From positions 397-64,396 of the forward strand of contig JBBTYQ010000003.1 in NCBI GenBank assembly GCA_038078555.1: a stretch of DNA of 64,000 nucleotides, in the 5' to 3' direction. Within the stretch, counting starts at the first letter, position 1. Each line of letters opens with the position of its first letter. This document shows, piece by piece, positions 34,707 through 42,405 of the stretch. The stretch is from Patescibacteria group bacterium. Lineage in GTDB: Bacteria; Patescibacteriota; Minisyncoccia; UBA6257; UBA9933. A program made the position numbers and the translations under genes. The notes below the pieces were generated by a model that saw only the letters and a list, made by a program, of their open reading frames with translations, had not been told where the DNA came from and did no database searches.

Positions 34707-35072
34707 TTAAGCCAATTCCACGGTTGCTCCAACTTCCTCCAGTTTCTTTTTAAGCTCTTCTGCTTCTTCTTTTTTCAATCCTTGTTTTACCGGCTTAGGC
34801 GCGCCTTCAACTAAATCTTTAGCTTCTTTGAGCCCAAGGCCAGTGGCTTCCTTAACAGCTTTAATAACATTTATTTTCTGCTCTCCGACTGCTTTAAGAA
34901 CAACGTCATATGAAGTTTTTTCTTCAGCAGAAGCGGCAGCGGCTCCGGCTCCAGAAGCCATAGGCATAGCGGCAGAAACGCCGAATTTTTCTTCCAATGC
35001 TTTAATTAATTCTGCCAACTCCACCACGGTTAATTTTTCAATTTTTTCAATTATATCGTTAAATTTTTCCAT
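34707..35072 (-). CDS. rplL: Ribosomal protein L7/L12
   Basis: 121 aa with an Ala-rich hinge and the C-terminal domain ...[24 protein letters not shown]... Confidence 0.97.
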   Translation of the reverse strand: MEKFNDIIEKIEKLTVVELAELIKALEEKFGVSAAMPMASGAGAAAASAEEKTSYDVVLKAVGEQKINVIKAVKEATGLGLKEAKDLVEGAPKPVKQGLKKEEAEELKKKLEEVGATVELA

Positions 35073-35179
35073 ATATATAATCCCAATCTACTAATTTATC
35101 CGAATGCTTCAAATCTTGCAAATATAAGTTTATTAATAAGATTTGTAAATTCGGATGTTATTTGTATATTTGGATTGCT

Positions 35180-35683
35180 TTATTTTTCGACCGTTTGTTT
35201 TGATTTTTGATCCAGCACATATAAAAACATCTTCATGGGCGCGGAAAGCATGCCAGCCAATTGAGCGAGCAATACTTCTCGGGAAGGCAATTGACCGATT
35301 TTTTTAACCATATCGCCATCGCAAAAATTCTTGGCCAATAAATCATAGGCGCCTAAAATCTTGAAATTTTTACTTTTGGTTTCTTTGGAAAACTTATAAA
35401 TAGGACCAGCAGCCTCGGAAATTTCGACAGGCGAAAATATCGCGCCAGCCTGTAAATCAAACTGTTCCGGAGTAAAATCATAACCGCTTTCATTCAAAAT
35501 TATCCTTAATAATCTTTTTTTAAAAACTTTCATTTTAGCTCCAAAATTAAGAAGCGCTATCCTTAATTTTTTCAAATCTTCAACAGTAGTTCCGCTAAAA
35601 TCAACAAAAAGCAAAACCTTGCTGTTTTTAAGCAATTTCTTTCCTTCTTCTATTTGCTGTTTTTTTTGCTCTTTTGTAAGCAT
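35180..35683 (-). CDS. rplJ: Ribosomal protein L10
   Basis: 167 aa with an L10-like N-terminus (LFVDFSGTTVEDLKKLR). It lies directly upstream of rplL. Confidence 0.93.
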   Translation of the reverse strand: MLTKEQKKQQIEEGKKLLKNSKVLLFVDFSGTTVEDLKKLRIALLNFGAKMKVFKKRLLRIILNESGYDFTPEQFDLQAGAIFSPVEISEAAGPIYKFSKETKSKNFKILGAYDLLAKNFCDGDMVKKIGQLPSREVLLAQLAGMLSAPMKMFLYVLDQKSKQTVEK

Positions 35684-35705
35684 ATAATGTTCGCGAATAA
35701 TGCTA
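35684..35705 (-). promoter_or_regulatory. Conserved pre-ATG element, copy E3 (TAGCATTATTCGCGAACATTAT)
   Basis: It directly abuts the rplJ ATG on the minus strand. Confidence 0.5.
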
Positions 35706-35928
35706 ATTTCAGCAATTAATTTTCGTTGTTAGCGATTACTTTAAATAAAAATGCGCCTATTTGCAGACGCACTTAAGAGAAACTAAATTTACCAGTTCCT
35801 CAACAGGATTTATCTCCGCTTTGCGGAGCACCTGTCTCCCGACGTTACGTCGGGAGATCCCTCGACGTAACGTCGGGAGATGGTCTGCGGAATTTTTATA
35901 ATATTATCAGACTGATTTAAAAAGTCAA
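35706..35928 (-). promoter_or_regulatory. Structured rplJ leader: promoter, twin GC hairpins, terminator-like hairpin
   Basis: TTGACT is at 35928-35923. Two near-identical hairpins lie at 35880-35858 and 35857-35835. A 7-bp stem plus T-run lies at 35771-35743. The 5' segment CCGCAGAC (35890-35883) can pair with the terminator strand GTCTGC. Confidence 0.5.
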
Positions 35929-35941
35929 TATCTTGGCCGAT

Positions 35942-36247
35942 TTAAACGCTTTTCGTAAAATCAACGCTCTCTTTTTTAAATCTCTCTACTTCACTTTTAA
36001 TAATTTCTTCAAGGTTAGCAACTTTTGCGCGCAAAAAATTCAATATTGCGGCTTCATCGTCAGATTTTTCTGCAAGTAATTTTTCAAGTTCATCCTTGTC
36101 TTTATCATTAAGCTCATCAAGCACTTTTATCAAAACTCCCTGGAAAATTATCCGTCCAATGCTCAAAAGCGCGCTTTCTTGCTCTTCTTGGGGCAAAGTA
36201 TCAAGCCCTATTTCTTTAATTAAATTTTGTTTTAAAATATTGTCCAT
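35942..36247 (-). CDS. Small acidic helical protein, unknown function (resembles a short CPR-restricted family)
   Basis: 101 aa, E/D/K/L-rich and all-helical in character. It is the last gene of a three-gene minus-strand unit. Confidence 0.6.
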   Translation of the reverse strand: MDNILKQNLIKEIGLDTLPQEEQESALLSIGRIIFQGVLIKVLDELNDKDKDELEKLLAEKSDDEAAILNFLRAKVANLEEIIKSEVERFKKESVDFTKSV

Positions 36248-36300
36248 TTTTTCTGTAATTTATCTTCAATTTATTTTCGACCTTGATAAATCATTGATAA

Positions 36301-39216
36301 TCAACGATTGCCGCTGATTTTGCTTTTTATTATCTGCTCAATCGTAAAAAATCCTTTATCGCTTTCAGAAATCCCCAAAGAATTTATTATTTCCGCCAAA
36401 TTCTCATAATGCTTTTGTTTGCCCCAAGATAACCAGCTGCCCTTATTTTCCTCTAAAAATTTATCTACCTTGATTCCCTTAATCGCTTCATATTCATTGC
36501 CAGTTAGGCCTATTTTTCTTTCCAAAAACCCGAGATAAGCAGAATAAATTTGTCGGCTGTCTTCAAATTTTCTATTGCTCATCAGAGCATCTCTTATGTC
36601 TTTTAACCTATCTATTTCTTCCTCACTGCCAAGACCATTAGCTAAATTACCTTCCATGGCTTCAATGTCAGAATTATAAAGATTGACCAGTCTTTCTTTT
36701 TCCGCCAAATTCTGATTATTGAAATTTTCCAAGATTTTATCTAGGTTTTTTTCATTACTGATTTCCGTTACTTCTGATATTTCCGGCTTTTTCCAAACAT
36801 AAGTCGATTCTCCCGCGTCTTTAATGTTAATTTCATTATTATCGCCAAGCAAAACCTCCACTCCCGGCTTTGCGATTCTTATTTCCGTTCCATCGACTTT
36901 AATATAACCCTGTTCAACAAGAAGCTGATTGGTTTGGCGATTTAAAACACTTTTTATTTTTTCGGCATTCGTCAGATCTTCCTGACTTAAACCGAATTTT
37001 TTAGGATCATCATAAAGCCGGTCTTCTAACTGCCGATAAACCGCATGCCAAACGCCCTCGCCCTGCTTAATGGTCGCCAAATCTGCTTGATGTCCGGCTC
37101 TTATTTCTGCCGAAATTTCTGCAACTTTGGTTTTGACGTCTGGGCTATAAGCTTCAGATAAAGGATGTTCAATTTCTACTCCAGATTCTACTTCGGGTTT
37201 TTTCCCCAGCAACCACTCTCCGGCAGTTAACTTAATCGAAGGCATTGCCTGCTCAAGCATATTCAAACCAATTGACGCGCCAGCGCCTGAAGCAATCATA
37301 GCTGCGGCTTTAATAATAAGTTTTTTTCTCTGTGCTCCGACTGATTCTTCTAATATCTTATGGTAATCATTTTCAACTTCAGCTAATTTTTCTACCGAGA
37401 ATCCGGTTTTTAATTTGGAAATCGCTTTTTCTTTGTCAAAAGAGCCAAGTTTTGAATAAATCCAATCAACACCTTTGCCGACATACTGGCCAATGCCGAC
37501 TGACAAAGCTCCTTTAACATATCTTTGTCCGGCAAACATAAGCGCAGCAGCCGGAACAGCAGAAAATCCGCCTGAAAGCGCCACAGCACCGGTAACCAAA
37601 GCAGTGGAAATTGCAATTCTGGTGTACTTGCCTTGATTCAAATACCAGTCCAGCATATTTCTGGCAATATTCTTTTCTTTGGGCGGAAATTGTTCAATCT
37701 GCTCTTTTTGCAAAACCAAGTTTTCATTAACCACTAATTCTTTAAAAACTGGCCACTTTTCGTATCTTTCCAATATTTTTGACAATTTTTCGCCGGAAAC
37801 TCCTTTTCCCTCTAATCTTTGTTTTGCATTAGAAAGCAACTCTCTGCCGTACTTAATTTTTGATTCATCGTATTCCTCTTTCGATTGGCGCATTTTCAGT
37901 AATAAATCACTAATCCCAACACCTTCTTTTTTTGCTTCTTTTAATTTTTTATAAACCTCGAGATAAGCCGCTCTTTTTTCATTGACTAAGAAATTTTCCG
38001 CCTTTTTTTCTTTTTTATTTGCGCCTTCGGGGCTTTCAAAAAGCCCGTCTATTTCACTATCATCTAATGTAGCCGCTCTTGGCGCTTCCTTGGATTCTTC
38101 TGATGGTTCGAATATGACTTTTGGCTTGATTTTTTCTTTAATTTCTTCTCCGACTTCACCAATAACTTCAGCTTCTGGTAAGTCCTCTTCTCTGACTTCT
38201 CCAATCACTTCAGCTTCGGGCAAATCTTCTTCTCTGATTTCTTTTTCGGCAACAGAAGCCGGTTCAATAACTTTATTAATCCCGCTTTTTTCAATAACCG
38301 CGGATAGTTCTTCCGGCGCCTCGATAATTTTCGGCTTAACAGCCGTTTCTTTTTCTTTTTTTTCTGCCTTAATTTTTTCCTTTAATTCTATTTCGTCTCT
38401 CTTTTCTTTGGCTTTGTTAAATTCTTCCTGAAAAAAAGCGACTCTTTTTTCAAAATAATCTTTATTTTTATTCTTGCCGTTTTTTTGCGCTTCTTTAAGC
38501 TTTCTCTTGACTATCGCTAATTCATTGCCGAGCCTGTCTTTCTCCGAATAAACATAAGTTTTTTCTTTTTTTATTTTTGGTTTTTTATCAATTTTAACCG
38601 AAGATTTCTTTTTTAAATCTTTTTCTGATTTTTCGGAATTAGTTAATTGCTTTGATTCCAAATTTTCTTTTGTTTCTTCTATTTCTTCTTCTGCTTCCAG
38701 CGCGCCTTCTTCGATTTCAAATTGTTCTTGTTCCTCTTTTGATGAATTTTCTGCTTGAGCAATTGACTCTCCGGGCGCTTTAATTTTGATATCGCTTATT
38801 TTTTTATTATATGTCCCTTGCAACAACCCGCTGAATTTATTCCTTATTGATTTTACTTCTTTCAAAATATCGCCTTTAAATTCTCCGGCTTCAAAATTGT
38901 CTAATAATTGTTTCAGTTTTTGATCCAGCTTTACATAATATTTTCGGTCGCTTAACGTAAAAAAATTGCCGTCGCGCTCGTTTAAAACAATAAATTCGTC
39001 TTTTAAGCTGTCGATTTGGCTAAGTTGAAACTTTATTTTTGAAGATTCTTCGATTCCTTTTACTAATTCTTTTTTAGATGCCGCGGCACCCAAATCTTTT
39101 GGCTCTTTTTTTAATTCCGGCAATGACTTTTTAAAATCACGCAGAGCGTTTGATGTTTTTTCCAAGTCTTTTTCGGAAGCCTCTGCGCCGCCCAATTTAA
39201 ACTTTTCAGACCTCAT
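36301..39216 (-). CDS. Large coiled-coil membrane protein, unknown function
   Basis: 971 aa. The K/E-rich N-terminal half has the tandem repeat REEDLPEAEVIGEV x2. Hydrophobic Gly/Ala-rich helices lie around residues 530-650. The C-terminal domain of about 330 aa is unassigned. Confidence 0.7.
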   Translation of the reverse strand: MRSEKFKLGGAEASEKDLEKTSNALRDFKKSLPELKKEPKDLGAAASKKELVKGIEESSKIKFQLSQIDSLKDEFIVLNERDGNFFTLSDRKYYVKLDQKLKQLLDNFEAGEFKGDILKEVKSIRNKFSGLLQGTYNKKISDIKIKAPGESIAQAENSSKEEQEQFEIEEGALEAEEEIEETKENLESKQLTNSEKSEKDLKKKSSVKIDKKPKIKKEKTYVYSEKDRLGNELAIVKRKLKEAQKNGKNKNKDYFEKRVAFFQEEFNKAKEKRDEIELKEKIKAEKKEKETAVKPKIIEAPEELSAVIEKSGINKVIEPASVAEKEIREEDLPEAEVIGEVREEDLPEAEVIGEVGEEIKEKIKPKVIFEPSEESKEAPRAATLDDSEIDGLFESPEGANKKEKKAENFLVNEKRAAYLEVYKKLKEAKKEGVGISDLLLKMRQSKEEYDESKIKYGRELLSNAKQRLEGKGVSGEKLSKILERYEKWPVFKELVVNENLVLQKEQIEQFPPKEKNIARNMLDWYLNQGKYTRIAISTALVTGAVALSGGFSAVPAAALMFAGQRYVKGALSVGIGQYVGKGVDWIYSKLGSFDKEKAISKLKTGFSVEKLAEVENDYHKILEESVGAQRKKLIIKAAAMIASGAGASIGLNMLEQAMPSIKLTAGEWLLGKKPEVESGVEIEHPLSEAYSPDVKTKVAEISAEIRAGHQADLATIKQGEGVWHAVYRQLEDRLYDDPKKFGLSQEDLTNAEKIKSVLNRQTNQLLVEQGYIKVDGTEIRIAKPGVEVLLGDNNEINIKDAGESTYVWKKPEISEVTEISNEKNLDKILENFNNQNLAEKERLVNLYNSDIEAMEGNLANGLGSEEEIDRLKDIRDALMSNRKFEDSRQIYSAYLGFLERKIGLTGNEYEAIKGIKVDKFLEENKGSWLSWGKQKHYENLAEIINSLGISESDKGFFTIEQIIKSKISGNR

Positions 39217-39238
39217 AATTTATGAATAATTATTACTG

Positions 39239-40492
39239 CTATATTTCAAAATATCCTTTAACTAAATTCTTTCGTGAAATTTCTTCAAGTTTTTCTTTGC
39301 CAAAATATTCAATGAAAATTTTGTTCCATAATGATTCCTGGTGATGATATAAGTATTTTTCCAGTTCTTTTTCCCTGATTAAAGACATAATGGAATCAAC
39401 TAAATTGAAACTTACCAGAACTTCCACGCCGGTAGCGGTTTTAAAATAATCGCCTACCCAATCCAAGCCGCCCCAGAAATTAAAGTCAACAAAAACATCC
39501 TTAAAAATTTTATTAATATTGGTTAAGGCCTCCTCTGCCTGAACCCAATAAAGCGCCTCCGGAGAAACATGGGGCTCAAGCAATCGCCAGTCGTTTTCGT
39601 CGTATTTCGCCAAGTATCTTGGAAGAACCAGCCAGCGAAGCTTATCGGTTTCCGGAGGCCTTTTTTCAATGATTTCCACTTTCACAATGGAGCCTAAATT
39701 TTTTCCAAAATTTAACGGGTCATTGGCAAATTCCTTAAAAAGTTCGGAATAAGCCTTAACTTCATAAAAATAATGGAGCGCTAAAGAAAAAGCTCTGGTC
39801 ACTTCCCCGAGCATGCCCAGCTCAATGGGCACTACGAAAATAAACCCCAATTCTTTCAAGTGGGAAATGTTTTGATATCTTTTTTTCAAAAAAGACTGGG
39901 CAACTCCGACCCACTTTTGAGTTAAAGATTTTATTTCTATTTCCCTTTCTTCAAAATCGCTGGGAGTCAAACCATCGTATTGTTTGACAAAAACTTCATT
40001 AAACCATTTCGGGTCTTCAAACAAGCGAATGGCAGCGTAAATTTCAAAAATATGTTCCCGGTCAATTAATTCATTAACATCGCGATAACCAAGATAGCTA
40101 ATAACTTTTTGAGGCGGTTCTTTTTTAATTAAATCAACCGCTTTTTCTTTTTTTAAAAACAAACCTTTAAAAGGCGGCATTAATTGCCTGGTTTTTTCTA
40201 AAACTCCGTCAACGTCTTCTTTTAACATAAAAGACGGCTTGCCTAAGGCTTTAAACAATTGCAAATCATCTTGTCTGATTTTTTCTATTAAGGCGTTATA
40301 AATTTCTTCCGCTTTGATATTTTTATCCAGCTCTTTTAATTGAAGCCGATTTTTAATAAGAGCTTCGTTCTCTTCGATAATCTTGTCAAAAACATCGGTT
40401 TTACCGGTAAGCGCTTCGGCTTTATCTCTAATAACGGTAATGGTATTTTTATCAACCCTAAGAATTTTCGCAATTTTTTCTAAAGAAGTCAT
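39239..40492 (-). CDS. Hypothetical protein, 417 aa
   Basis: A long ORF with normal codon texture and no motif I recognise. It is preceded directly by pre-ATG element E4. Confidence 0.7.
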   Translation of the reverse strand: MTSLEKIAKILRVDKNTITVIRDKAEALTGKTDVFDKIIEENEALIKNRLQLKELDKNIKAEEIYNALIEKIRQDDLQLFKALGKPSFMLKEDVDGVLEKTRQLMPPFKGLFLKKEKAVDLIKKEPPQKVISYLGYRDVNELIDREHIFEIYAAIRLFEDPKWFNEVFVKQYDGLTPSDFEEREIEIKSLTQKWVGVAQSFLKKRYQNISHLKELGFIFVVPIELGMLGEVTRAFSLALHYFYEVKAYSELFKEFANDPLNFGKNLGSIVKVEIIEKRPPETDKLRWLVLPRYLAKYDENDWRLLEPHVSPEALYWVQAEEALTNINKIFKDVFVDFNFWGGLDWVGDYFKTATGVEVLVSFNLVDSIMSLIREKELEKYLYHHQESLWNKIFIEYFGKEKLEEISRKNLVKGYFEI

Positions 40493-40515
40493 AATAGTGT
40501 TCGCGAATAATGCTA
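40493..40515 (-). promoter_or_regulatory. Conserved pre-ATG element, copy E4 (TAGCATTATTCGCGAACACTATT)
   Basis: It directly abuts the ATG of the 417-aa gene on the minus strand. Confidence 0.5.
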
Positions 40516-40580
40516 ATCAACAGCAAATAATGCCGATGTATCTAACTCGCATTATTTAAAAAATTTTGCATTATTAGTAA

Positions 40581-41333
40581 TTACTCTTTTATTAACGGCA
40601 CAAAACTGAAACCAAAATACTCTTTTTGAGAATATTCATTTTTAGCCAGCTTGTCAATTACAACAATCGAATTATCAACCGGCGCGACTATTCGGCCGCC
40701 GATTTTTAATTGTTTTCGCCATTCGCCAGGCACATCGCCAGAACTAGCGGCTCCACAAATAATTTTATCATAAAACTCCGCAGGTTTATAGCCCTTAGAA
40801 CCATCTGCCAAAATAACGCTAGTGATGCCTTTTTCAATAAAATTATACTTTGAAACATTCTTCTCGGCCATTTCTTTAAGCTCGGGAATGCGCTCTATAG
40901 CTATTACTTTTGGCGCCGGTTTTTCAGAATTAACAGAATTTTCTGCTTCTGAAATATCGTTTTTTTCAAGGATATTTTTATCGCTATCCTTATCTGCCAA
41001 ATAAGATAAAATCGCCGTCTGCCAGCCGCTGCCTGCGCCAATTTCCAATATATGCTCTCCGGATTTAGGTCCTAAAAGCTCAATCATAAAAGCAACCGTT
41101 AAGGGTTGGGAAATGGTTTGGCCAAAACCGATGGGTAAAGGCGCATTAATATAAGCTTCGTTTTTATATTCTTCGGATACGAAATTAATTCTATCAACTG
41201 CCCTAAATGCTTCAATTATTTCCAGTGTTTTTAAATAACCATCCTGGATTAAAGAATCAATTAGATTTTCGTATTCCTGATTGACTATACTATTCATTAA
41301 TACTATAATAATATAAATTGACTTAATTGCCAA
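40581..41333 (-). CDS. pcm: Protein-L-isoaspartate O-methyltransferase with about 40-aa acidic insertion
   Basis: It has GFGQTISQPLTVAFMIELL and the SAM motif ILEIGAGSGWQTA. The likely start is ATG 41297 (MNSIVNQEY...) rather than 41333. Confidence 0.88.
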   Translation of the reverse strand: MAIKSIYIIIVLMNSIVNQEYENLIDSLIQDGYLKTLEIIEAFRAVDRINFVSEEYKNEAYINAPLPIGFGQTISQPLTVAFMIELLGPKSGEHILEIGAGSGWQTAILSYLADKDSDKNILEKNDISEAENSVNSEKPAPKVIAIERIPELKEMAEKNVSKYNFIEKGITSVILADGSKGYKPAEFYDKIICGAASSGDVPGEWRKQLKIGGRIVAPVDNSIVVIDKLAKNEYSQKEYFGFSFVPLIKE

Positions 41334-41369
41334 TTTTTTGAAATTTTAAAACTCAAAAAGGAGGTCTTA

Positions 41370-41525
41370 ATGAAAGAAAGGGAAGAAAAAAAACAATTTC
41401 TTAAGCCTGAATTGGAAAAAAATAAAATATTGCCCAGCGCCAATAAACCGCGAGATAATTTGTGCCATTTTAGCAACTGCGCCGAAAAAAAGTGCAAGAG
41501 GCTTAGAAACGAAGGAAATATCTAG
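41370..41525 (+). CDS. Small ORF (51 aa), basic, C-x4-C-x4-C
   Basis: It was not in the ORF track because it is under 60 aa. AGGAGG lies 5 nt before the ATG. It translates MKEREEKKQFLKPELEKNKILPSANKPRDNLCHFSNCAEKKCKRLRNEGNI. Confidence 0.45.
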   Translation: MKEREEKKQFLKPELEKNKILPSANKPRDNLCHFSNCAEKKCKRLRNEGNI

Positions 41526-41550
41526 AACCCAAACAAAAAGGAACAAGAAA

Positions 41551-41736
41551 ATGAATGATAAGAAAAATCTGCAAGGAAAAGATTGGACTATTAGATGGGA
41601 AAAAAGCAATAACGGCTCAGAAAAACACGACAGCGGAGAACAACACTGTTGTCAAGACGAAGCCATCAACATAGCCGATAAAATGCTTGCTAAGGGCTAC
41701 GGAATAACAATAATAAAAAGAAAGGAGAAAAAATAA
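41551..41736 (+). CDS. Small ORF (61 aa), unknown function
   Basis: It follows the 51-aa ORF after 25 nt, and a strong terminator follows directly. The antisense ORFs in this region are F/L-rich and look spurious. Confidence 0.5.
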   Translation: MNDKKNLQGKDWTIRWEKSNNGSEKHDSGEQHCCQDEAINIADKMLAKGYGITIIKRKEKK

Positions 41737-41754
41737 GAAAAAGGAATATCAAAA

Positions 41755-41790
41755 ACCCCTTGATGTAATCAAGGGGTTTTATTTATTTTA
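41755..41790 (+). terminator. Rho-independent terminator
   Basis: A 10-bp stem (ACCCCTTGAT / ATCAAGGGGT) with loop GTA is followed by TTTTATTTATTTT. Confidence 0.8.
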
Positions 41791-41831
41791 AAATTTGCTA
41801 GAAAACCAAAAAAATTATTTTTCGCGTTTTG

Positions 41832-41902
41832 CGGGCCCACGAGGATTTGAACCTCGATCAACGGTTTTGGAGACCGTCATTCTGCCATTGAACTATAGGC
41901 CC
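41832..41902 (-). tRNA. tRNA-Trp(CCA)
   Basis: 71 nt with acceptor GGGCCTA/TGGGCCC, anticodon arm ACGGT-CTCCAAA-ACCGT, and T arm CGAGG-TTCAAAT-CCTCG. Confidence 0.9.
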
Positions 41903-41948
41903 ATTTAAAAATTCCAAATATTTTATATTCGGGATTTTTATAAAGAAA

Positions 41949-42116
41949 TTATACCTTGGCCTGTTTATGGGTTGTGCGCTTCTTGCACCACTTGCAATAC
42001 TTTTGATATTCCAACTTCCGCTCTAAAGATTTTTTCTTGCGCGTATAATAATTATTTCTCTTGCAAATTGTACATTTAAGCTTTATTAAATTTTCTGAAA
42101 ATTTTGATTTAGCCAT
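41949..42116 (-). CDS. rpmG: Ribosomal protein L33
   Basis: MAKSKFSENLIKLKCTICKRNNYYTRKKKSLERKLEYQKYCKWCKKRTTHKQAKV (55 aa with a CxxC...CxxC pattern). The ORF-track extension to 42176 reads through a structured non-coding element. Confidence 0.93.
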   Translation of the reverse strand: MAKSKFSENLIKLKCTICKRNNYYTRKKKSLERKLEYQKYCKWCKKRTTHKQAKV

Positions 42117-42142
42117 AATCGTTGAAACTTTAAACAATTCCA

Positions 42143-42220
42143 CCCCCGCGCCTATAAACTGCATAAAACTATGCAATTAAATGGCTTGCGCCATTCCTCA
42201 CGCGCTCATAGGCACAGGGG
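42143..42220 (-). ncRNA. Candidate structured RNA (three-way junction) upstream of rpmG
   Basis: P1 has 13 bp (42220-42208 with 42155-42143) and is complete only on the minus-strand RNA, through two G-U pairs. P2 is ATGGC-GCAA-GCCAT with a GNRA loop. P3 is TGCATA-GTTT-TATGCA. Confidence 0.4.
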
Positions 42221-42286
42221 TTTATTTTATTTTAAACATTAATATTAAAAAAACAATAGCTGATAATTAAATATAACTACATTTTG

Positions 42287-42358
42287 AGCCGATGGGGAGA
42301 ATCGAACTCCCGACCTCTTTCTTACCATGAAAGCGTTCTGCCACTGAACTACATCGGC
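42287..42358 (-). tRNA. tRNA-Thr(GGU)
   Basis: 72 nt with acceptor GCCGATG/CATCGGC, anticodon arm CTTTC-ATGGTAA-GAAAG, and T arm GGGAG-TTCGATT-CTCCC. Confidence 0.92.
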
Positions 42359-42363
42359 ATAAA

Positions 42364-42394
42364 TGGTGGCGTTCTGCCACTAAACTACTCTGGC
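42364..42394 (-). pseudogene. tRNA-Thr(GGU)-like 5' fragment ending in CCACCA
   Basis: GCCAGAGTAGTTTAGTGGCAGAACGCCACCA contains an acceptor 5' strand and a D arm that closely match tRNA-Thr(GGU). It then jumps directly to a CCA-like end. Confidence 0.55.
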
Positions 42395-42405
42395 ATCTAA
42401 CCGGG

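Noticed and set aside
38152-38235. A 42-bp tandem repeat, considered as a possible non-coding repeat or variable-number locus
   Set aside because: It lies in frame inside the 971-aa gene and encodes REEDLPEAEVIGEV twice (36/42 nt identity). It is an ordinary intragenic repeat.
37982-38431. Assorted antisense or nested ORFs in the track. Examples are 2608-2838, 3889-4071, 7419-7826, 9310-9636, 22797-23174, 37982-38431, 41303-41609, 48385-48765, 52509-52775, 55515-55784 and 63179-63385.
   Set aside because: Each lies inside and opposite a well-supported gene. Each has S/F/L-rich low-complexity composition mirroring K/E-rich sense frames and lacks start signals. I treat them as spurious.
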